Positions 26,095 through 64,000 of a stretch of 64,000 nt of DNA are shown here, piece after piece. The stretch comes from Octopus sinensis (taxonomy: Eukaryota): NCBI RefSeq assembly GCF_006345805.1, contig NC_043000.1, forward strand, positions 22,010,001 to 22,074,000, in the 5' to 3' direction. Positions within the stretch are counted from its first letter, which is position 1, and each line of letters begins with the position of its first letter. Position numbers and translations under genes: made by a program. The notes beneath the pieces are model-generated. The model did no database searches. It saw only the letters and a program-made list of their open reading frames with translations, and was not told where the DNA came from.

Positions 26095-26234
26095 TAGGTT
26101 GTCCCAAAAGTCCGTAAACACTTGCGAAAATTGAATTTTAACTCGCCAAGTACTAACAAAAACAACAAAAATTATTCCTCAAAATAAAGACCATTATTTT
26201 CCAAGACTTTCTACGAACTTTTGGGACAACCTTA
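26095..26234. mobile_element. Tc1/mariner-type MITE
   Basis: TIR taggttgtcccaaaagtccgta / tacgaacttttgggacaacctta, TA flanks. Confidence 0.8.
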
Positions 26235-26589
26235 TATTAACTTCGTACATACGTCTGTGTGTGTATGTATGTGTGTGTGTGTGTGTATGCATGAAAAAGA
26301 AAAAAAAAAGGTAGAAATTAAAACAAGCACTATGCATAGTGGCTGATGTAATAACTGTTTATATTGCTTCATCTACCCATTCATGGGTAGACATGGGGTG
26401 GAGTGACATAAATAACACTGGAACTGGAAGTAACTATGATGAATAATTAAGATTTTCTTCCATATGCATGTATTTAGTTACGTTAAAGAGTTAACTGTAT
26501 TCTGAAAAAGAAATTATAATGGACGTGAAAAAGATGACTGTGAAACCATAAAATGTCTGTATACAGATGTATTCTGTAAATAGATTTTC

Positions 26590-26992
26590 CTCTTTACTTG
26601 TTTCAGTAATTTGACTGCGGCCATGCTGAAGCACCGCCATTAGTTGAGCAAATCGACCCCAGGACTTATTCTTTGTAAGCCTAGTACTTATTCTATCGGT
26701 CTCTTTTGCCGAACCGCTAAGGTACAGGGACATAAACACACCAGTTGTCAAGCGATGTCGGGGGAACAAACACAGACACACAAACATATACACACACATA
26801 CATATATATGTATATATATATATATATACGATGGGCTTTTTTCAGTTTCCGTCTACCAAATCCACTCACAAGGCTTTGGTTAGCCTGAGGCTATAGTAGA
26901 AGACACTTGCCCAAGGTGCCACACAGTGGGAATGAACCCGGAACCATGTGGTTGGTAAGCAAGCTACATACCACACAGCCACTCCTGTGCCT
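26590..26992 (-). mobile_element. SINE family A
   Basis: Near full-length copy. Confidence 0.9.
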
Positions 26993-27585
26993 ATTTTCAA
27001 TTATATTACAAAAGTGATCTTTAATTTAATCAAAAATATATTGATTTTTTTTTTTACTTGTTTCAGACATTAGACTGTGGCCATGCTGGGGCACTGCCTC
27101 AAAGAACCTTTTTGTCAAATGAATCGACCCCTGTATTTATTTTTTAAAGCCTGGTACTTACACTATCATTCTCTTTTGCTGAACTGCTAGGTTATGGGGG
27201 TCAACACACCAACACGGTTGTCAAGTGATGGAGGAGGACAGACACACATATGTAGAAAATGGGCTTCTTTCAGTTTCCCTCTACCAAATGCACTCCCAAG
27301 ATTTTGGTCGGCCCAAAGCTATATAGTATAAGACACTCAGCTAAGGTGACATAAACAAACCAACACCAGATGTCAAGCAGTAGGGGCGACAAACATCATC
27401 ATCATCATAATTTAACATTCATATTTGAAGGACTGCATCATGCTCCATTGTCTGCTTTAAAATAATTTCTACAGTTGGATGCCCTTCCTGACGTTAACCA
27501 CTTTACAATGAGTGCTGAGTGCCTTTTTCATGCCACCTGCACTATTGAGGTCACCATGTTCCTTGCAATTTCCATCTGCCAAATT

Positions 27586-27626
<41 letters not shown>

Positions 27627-28659
27627 CCTCATCATCGTTTAACGTCCGTTTTTCCATGCTAGCATGGGTTGGACGGTTCGACCGGGGTCTGGGAAGCCAG
27701 GAGGCTGCACCAGGCACCAGTCTGATCTGGCAGTATTTCTACAGCTGGGCATCCAGCTGTAGAAACCCTGCCAGATCAGACTGGTGCCTGGTGCAATATA
27801 TATATACACAAACGCATACATACACAGACATGTATGGCTCAAAATTGTATAAAAAAAAACAAAAGACAGAGACAGGTGAGGGAAAAACAAACAAAATGTA
27901 TTAGTTTGAGACTTGGGGAAAAATGCAAGTCTTGATATTTTGAGCCTATATTCTTCTACAGAAAGGATGAGGAAAGAAAAAAAATGGAGAAGAGAGAAAA
28001 AAATGTTTAGATTAACAGTTGCACATAATGTACTTCCCCTCCTGCTCATTATTCTGTGTGTGTGCGTGCGTGTTGTAACCAGCAGGGGAGGAAGTGTGGG
28101 AGATCAGTAGTGTAAGATTATATCTAGGTTGATCCAAGGACAGTGGCTGTTTATCTAGATTTTCTGCAACCTGTTGTTCGAAGAAACTGGATGGTAGGAA
28201 ATAAAGATTTATCATGAGAATGGATGGACTGGGACAAAGGACTGACTCATTTTGCAAACTGGTTTGAGTGGAAGAAAAATACAAAAATAGTGGAAGAGAA
28301 AGGCTAGCAAATGCACCGATACATATACACATGAATATAAAATGCACATACAAACAGGAAAGCTGCAGGGTTGCCGTTGAACAAGATTGTTGCAGTTAAA
28401 CAGACAAACCAAAACTGAAGACGGCAAAAAAAAAAAATTAAAAATGAAGGAAAAGAAGAGAAGTAAAGAAAGTGACTGAGAAGGGGGGGGGGTAAAGGTG
28501 ATGTTTATCGCTTAGAAATTATCCTTTCCTGCTTCTCTCATACATACAAGCAAACTAGCAGTTGGTTAACATGGAATGACAGTGGGGCAAGATATACTCC
28601 ACTATATCGAGAATTAGCAAAAGAATCTAGCCAAAGGAAGAAAAACCCAATTATAATCA

Positions 28660-28815
28660 AGAGTGGCTGTGTGGTCAGTGGCTTGCTTACCAACCACATG
28701 GTTCTGGGTTCAGTCCCACTGCATGGTACCTTGGGCAAGTGTCTTCTACTATAGCCTCGGACCGACCAAAGCCTTGTGAGTGGATTTGGTAGACGGAAAC
28801 TGAAAGAAGCCTGTC

Positions 28816-28865
<50 letters not shown>

Positions 28866-29058
28866 ATATGTTTGTCCCTCCAACATCGCTTAACAACCGA
28901 TGCTGGTGTGTTTACGTACCCATAACTTAGCAGTTTGGCAAAAGAGACCAATAGAATAAGTACTAGACTTACAAATAACAAGTCCTAAGGTTGATTTGCT
29001 CGACTAAAGGCGGTGCTCCAGCATGGCCCCAATCAAATGACTGAAATAAGTAAAGAGG
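28660..29058 (+). mobile_element. SINE family A flanked by a 55-57 bp direct repeat
   Basis: Full-length copy; flanks 28603-28659 and 29060-29114. Confidence 0.9.
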
Positions 29059-31897
29059 GTATATCGAGAATTAGCAAAAGAATCTAGCCAAAGGAAAAAA
29101 AAAATTTATAATCAGAATAATGATAAGCAATATTTACTATACAAGGCATAGTATATAAAATTTGACAGACACAGCAATGGTAATCAATGCTGTTATCATA
29201 ACAGCAGTAAGAATTTAGTAGTAGTTGCAAAGCTCATATTTAGGTTATATGGGCCTACATATCAATTGCTAGTACTAAAAGAGGAAGCTGCAATGTTGAA
29301 CCAGAAAATAACAGTTTAGCATATAAGAATTGAGTTTCTGAAGCACAACCCCAGGATGCACAATGGCAATCAAAAGAACAACAAAAGCGAAAAATAAATA
29401 TAAAGACAGGCAAAGAAGTGTAAAATACAAATCTCCGTGCTCAGAGATCATGAAAGAAGAATTTACAGAGTTTATGAGCATTGGGATTCTGAGAGATACT
29501 GTCATTATTATTTGATATCTGTTTTCCATGCTGGCATGGACTGGGCAGTTTGAAAGGAGCTGTGCCAGTCATCTGTTTTGGCATGGTTTCTATGGCTCAA
29601 TGCCCTTCCTAATACCAACCATTTCAGATTGTACTGGATGCTTGTTCATGGTGCTCATTACGTGGAGCCAACCAGAGTGCATCTTACATGGCACCAGTAC
29701 AGGTGCTTTTAGCATAGTGCCCATAAGATGTACATGAAAGCAAAAACCAATACAGAAATCTGAGCAGACAAGTAATCAGTGTAGCATGTCAGCAGTCCAG
29801 TTCAACCATCCAAGGCAGTCCTGATCAATGGTTGTGTAAATAAAAGGCAATGTCTACATTGTAAAAAGTGATGAAGCTTATCTCACAACACAGCTAAACC
29901 ACAAACCACCTCAAAGTGACATCTGTAATTAATAAGCCTTTCCTTGTTCCCAGGCTGTCCACTTATGCTGACGTAGCATCCAGTCTTTCAAAAACGATAC
30001 AAAACCCCTGTGCTTGCATCAACACAAAATTAACTGAGATGTCTTCTAGTGAAGACTAGCATCAAATGATGAAGTCCTTCACTTCACTCCCAATGAAACA
30101 CCCAGCAACCACCATTCCTGCTCCTTGACCAATATCAGAATAATCTAAGACCTTGTGCTGCTCTGAAACTTCCCCTTGGCAGCATTAAAGGTGGTGTAGA
30201 TAGCTTGTGAGTCACTTAATGACCCAACTTCGCTACACCCAGCCATGACCAGGAAATGTTTGCTTCAGTCAATCGCTGCTCAAACAACCTCCACTGAATT
30301 AACCACCCCAATCATACCTAAGGTCTTTTTGTTTCTAACCAGTTTGACTGTTAGGTTTTCACTCCCATTGTAGTCAGTAACTTGTGTAAAGTTGCCAGCA
30401 GATAAATAGAGACAGAGCTCAACTAACAACAGTCCCCATTCATTTTGGTATCAATATGAAGAGGCCATCTACACACTGAGTATGCAATGTCTGATTTTCC
30501 TTGCTTTCTCATTAATTTGAACAAGCAAAACACCTTGAGTAACATTAGTTGCAACCATAGACAGGTCATCATTTGGTGTCCATTTTCCATGCTGTCCAGT
30601 TGGCTCATCCTTCCTACAGAACATCTACTATACTCATTGGTGGCAACATCATGTATCCAACAAGGTGACCCATTATTCTTTGTGTCAGTTATAATGTTGT
30701 CTACTCTGTTCATTCACCATCAAGGGTAGATCCACAGAGTTATCACAGTACCATTCCAGTTGCTTTGCTTTTTGGACTCGAGATAAATTTAATCCAAGTG
30801 AGAAGTGATGTGAATTACGAGATAAGCCATTTTAATGACACCATATGCAGCATTTGGTTCATTCTGAATGGGAGCAGCTTACCCCAAGGACCGTTGGCTA
30901 GATTCTTGATTCCAATTCTCTTGAAAGCTGTTCTAGAGTTGAAGCCAAATAAGGGACTCTACCAAAGATGACAATTCAATTTCTTTTAGTCATTTATACT
31001 TACATAAATTTTTTGCCCAACCTTAAAGGTGGGCAAACATTTTATCAATCTGGAGGAGGACAAAAACCATTTTGCATAGCATGAAAGGACATGACCAAAA
31101 CAGATGAATCACCAATACACAAAGATACCAAAGGCTTCCAAACAGTTTCACTCAACCAAATTTTGCAAGGATCTGGCCAATGCAAGGCTATGGAAGAAAA
31201 CATTTGCCTAAGGTGTCACACAATGAAATTGAATGTCTTAACCACACAGTCATGTTTTAAGCAACACTTATATTCTTATTTAGAAATAATTGAAGAAAAC
31301 AAAAATGTTTTAAAAAAATTTTATTTTAAACAATTATATATATACAAAAGAATGAATACATTTCACCTCATCAACCCTGCTAACCTTCAAATTTAGAATT
31401 GGGATTTCCATTTCATCATAAAGAGTAAACCTTAAGATTTGTGACAAACATTAACTTTTTTTTTACAGTAAGGGAGAAATAAAGGAAATTATTATTTAGA
31501 TATTACATTCGTTAATGATAATATTGATATCAAATTTTGGCACAAGGCCAGCGATTTCGGAGGAAAAAAATCAACCCCAGTGGTCTAACTGGTACTTATT
31601 TTGTTGATCCCAAAAGGATAGAAAACAAAGTCAACCTCAGTGAAATTTGAACTCAGAATGTAAAGACAGGCGAAATACTGCTAAGCATAAGCACATTAGT
31701 TATCTGTTTATCAAGAATCTAGAATTGTAAGTTAAAAAAATAAAGTGCTTTTGCAGTCTTCAACTGAATTTAAAAGAATCCATGTCAAAATTCCTTAGTT
31801 TAATCAAGCACTTGACAAAAATGATCTCATTTGCATTTTTAAGAAATTTTGCACAAGAAAATGAATATTTAAATCTTAATTACAGGTCAGTGATGAA

Positions 31898-31903
31898 TTT
31901 ATT
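31898..31903 (-). other. Candidate MCM3 polyadenylation signal AATAAA
   Basis: AATAAA on the minus strand about 450 nt past the stop; the sequence is AT-rich, so chance occurrence is likely. Confidence 0.25.
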
Positions 31904-32353
31904 TATGCCAGGCATGTTCAACAGTTGCTTAAAATGGCTGCATGTTTGAAATTTCCAAACCTACAAGACACCCAACCAGCTATGCATTACATTGTCACTC
32001 AGTCACTCTTTTTCTCTCACAGGTACATACATACCTAAAATAATTTAGAGCAATTATTAATATTCCATGTGTAAGGATATAAGCAAAAGTAAATAAGGAT
32101 GAATGTTTGTGTATTTCTCCTGGAACCAATGGATAAAGAGAGCAGAAGACACCAACTTACTGAGAAATACATCTTGATGAAATTTAAAGAAATTGGATTC
32201 GAATCCCAGAGTTCGTTTCAAAAGTTCTAATTTGAATATATGTTTATGCATGTATGTGTATATGACATATCAACAACATTTACATCTCAATCTTTCCAAA
32301 ATTACTTTTCAGAAAAACCACTTTTAATAGTGGTTCAGTCGCCATGGTTACAT

Positions 32354-62562
<30,209 letters not shown>

Positions 62563-63059
62563 CTGTGTAAGAAAACAAATAAAAAATTATTCTTTCAACT
62601 TTTCCTCCTAATGCAAGATTTATCTTTTATTTTGACTGTTAAAGAATAAATGACCATAGCAGAATATTCCACTCTTTGCCATTAGACAAAGTCTATGAAC
62701 AACCAACTGAATCTAGAGAACACAAGTGAACAAGTAACAATTTGATGTGGCTCAACAACAACCTACTTTTTAAAAAATCGTACCAGGCTCTTAATATACT
62801 AAAAGCCATACTTTGTTTTTTTAACCAGACCTAATTTTTACTGCTTTCTCAATTTCCCATGGCAGTAGGAGTTAAATGAACATATAAATCTTAATTTGCT
62901 GAGGAAAGTGTTTTACAAATAAGCACTGTAGAATAACTGTGGTTGCTATTTTTTGGGCAATAAGATTGGAAGTTTTTATCTATGAACATGACCAAATTTT
63001 TGAGATTTAGTTCTGGATCAATGAGCTATTAACAAAACTGAACATGACTTACTCAAGTA

Positions 63060-63265
63060 AATGTTATTATTTTTTTCTCTCTCTAGCTTCAGCTCAGAGC
63101 TGCGGTCATGCTGATGCACTGCTGTTAGTCAGCAGAAGTTCGCCATTACCTTCTGTCGGAGATGTGTCGAGCTTAGGTGTTTTGCTCATAAACACACACA
63201 TCACCCAGTCTGAGATTCGAACCCGCGAGTCCACTGCTCTAACCACTAAGCCATGTGCCTCCACC
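63060..63265 (-). mobile_element. tRNA-derived SINE family D variant
   Basis: Head shared with 23235-23410. Confidence 0.72.
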
Positions 63266-63780
63266 TATTAATTTAGATGTCTTGCAAACAACTTGCACAT
63301 GTAAGTGCTTACCAGTGAAAAGCTCTGCATACCAGAAGCCAGCAAGTGTATGAAGTCATCAGGAGAGAATGAGTGCCATTTCAGGGCCTACCTCTATACA
63401 GCATCTTTGCACAACAGCTCTCCCCACCCCTGATATGAGGCCCTGCTTGCTAGATCAACTAGTTATCAAATAAAGCTCAATATTCTTCTAGCCATCACTC
63501 ATCGTCTCTTTTTAACCAAATCTAGTGGCTAGCCTTTTCCACTATAGTTTGGATATCGCTCATGGTGGTATTTACTTAACGATGAGTTAGAACTAATGAT
63601 AACAACAGTCACCTCACCATGTGTCCGACAAATCTAACCAGATACTATCTTTCACTCCAAATAATTCCTTTCCTGTATTGTATACTGAGCTTAATTCTCA
63701 GTTTCTCCACTGTAGATCCTGTCATTCTATAAAGAGCTTGACATACCTTGTTTTCAAACTCTTTATATCTTCCTTTCTCA

Positions 63781-64000
63781 TTAGACCTCATCAACAGAAT
63801 TCATATTTTTTCTGTCCAAATGATTTTGAAGACTGCAGAATAAATGATAATCAGACGGGGCAATGTCCAGCAAATATGGTGGGTGGAACATCGTTTCCCA
63901 TTCAAACTGCTCCAGCCTTTGGAATGTCATCCTTGCTGTATATGGCTGAGCATTATCCTGATGGAAGAACACCTGTTTTGAAACCAAAGACGGTCGTTTT
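63781..64000 (-). mobile_element. Mariner transposase fragment (catalytic region)
   Basis: HQDNAQPY, HPPYLLDIAPSDYHLF match the mariner HDNARPH and YSPDLAP.DY motifs. Confidence 0.9.

Noticed and set aside
63520-63570. Minus-strand ATG in good context (MSDIQTIVEKASH*) as MCM3 exon 1
   Set aside because: It stops after 13 codons, has no donor and no similarity to the ..RDYLDFLD.. N-terminus; exon 1 is probably beyond 64000

Overview
AT-rich, repeat-dense eukaryotic genomic DNA. The SINE and MITE families look, from memory, like those of octopus genomes; this is not confirmed by any search. Main gene: MCM3 on the minus strand, for which I assembled by hand 21 GT-AG coding exons (62562 down to the TAA stop at 32354). 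They total 2388 nt, give 795 aa plus stop, and are phase-consistent at every junction. Only the first short exon appears to lie outside the window. A second minus-strand gene, a pyrroline-5-carboxylate reductase (PYCR), is seen only as its first coding exon (13503-13608), which the ORF track misses. Most of the remainder is transposon debris: at least four tRNA-derived or SINE-like families, CR1, RTE and Jockey-like LINE fragments (one young CR1 RT copy), mariner relics, piggyBac-like, hAT-like and pogo-like MITEs, a non-autonomous Helitron and microsatellites. Most supplied ORFs are artefacts of SINE microsatellites. The most unusual structure is a head-to-head inverted pair of a tRNA-headed element whose tail reconstructs to a Penelope-type minimal hammerhead ribozyme, about 75 nt from an MCM3 splice acceptor. 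No prokaryotic features were found (no CRISPR array, rRNA or operon).
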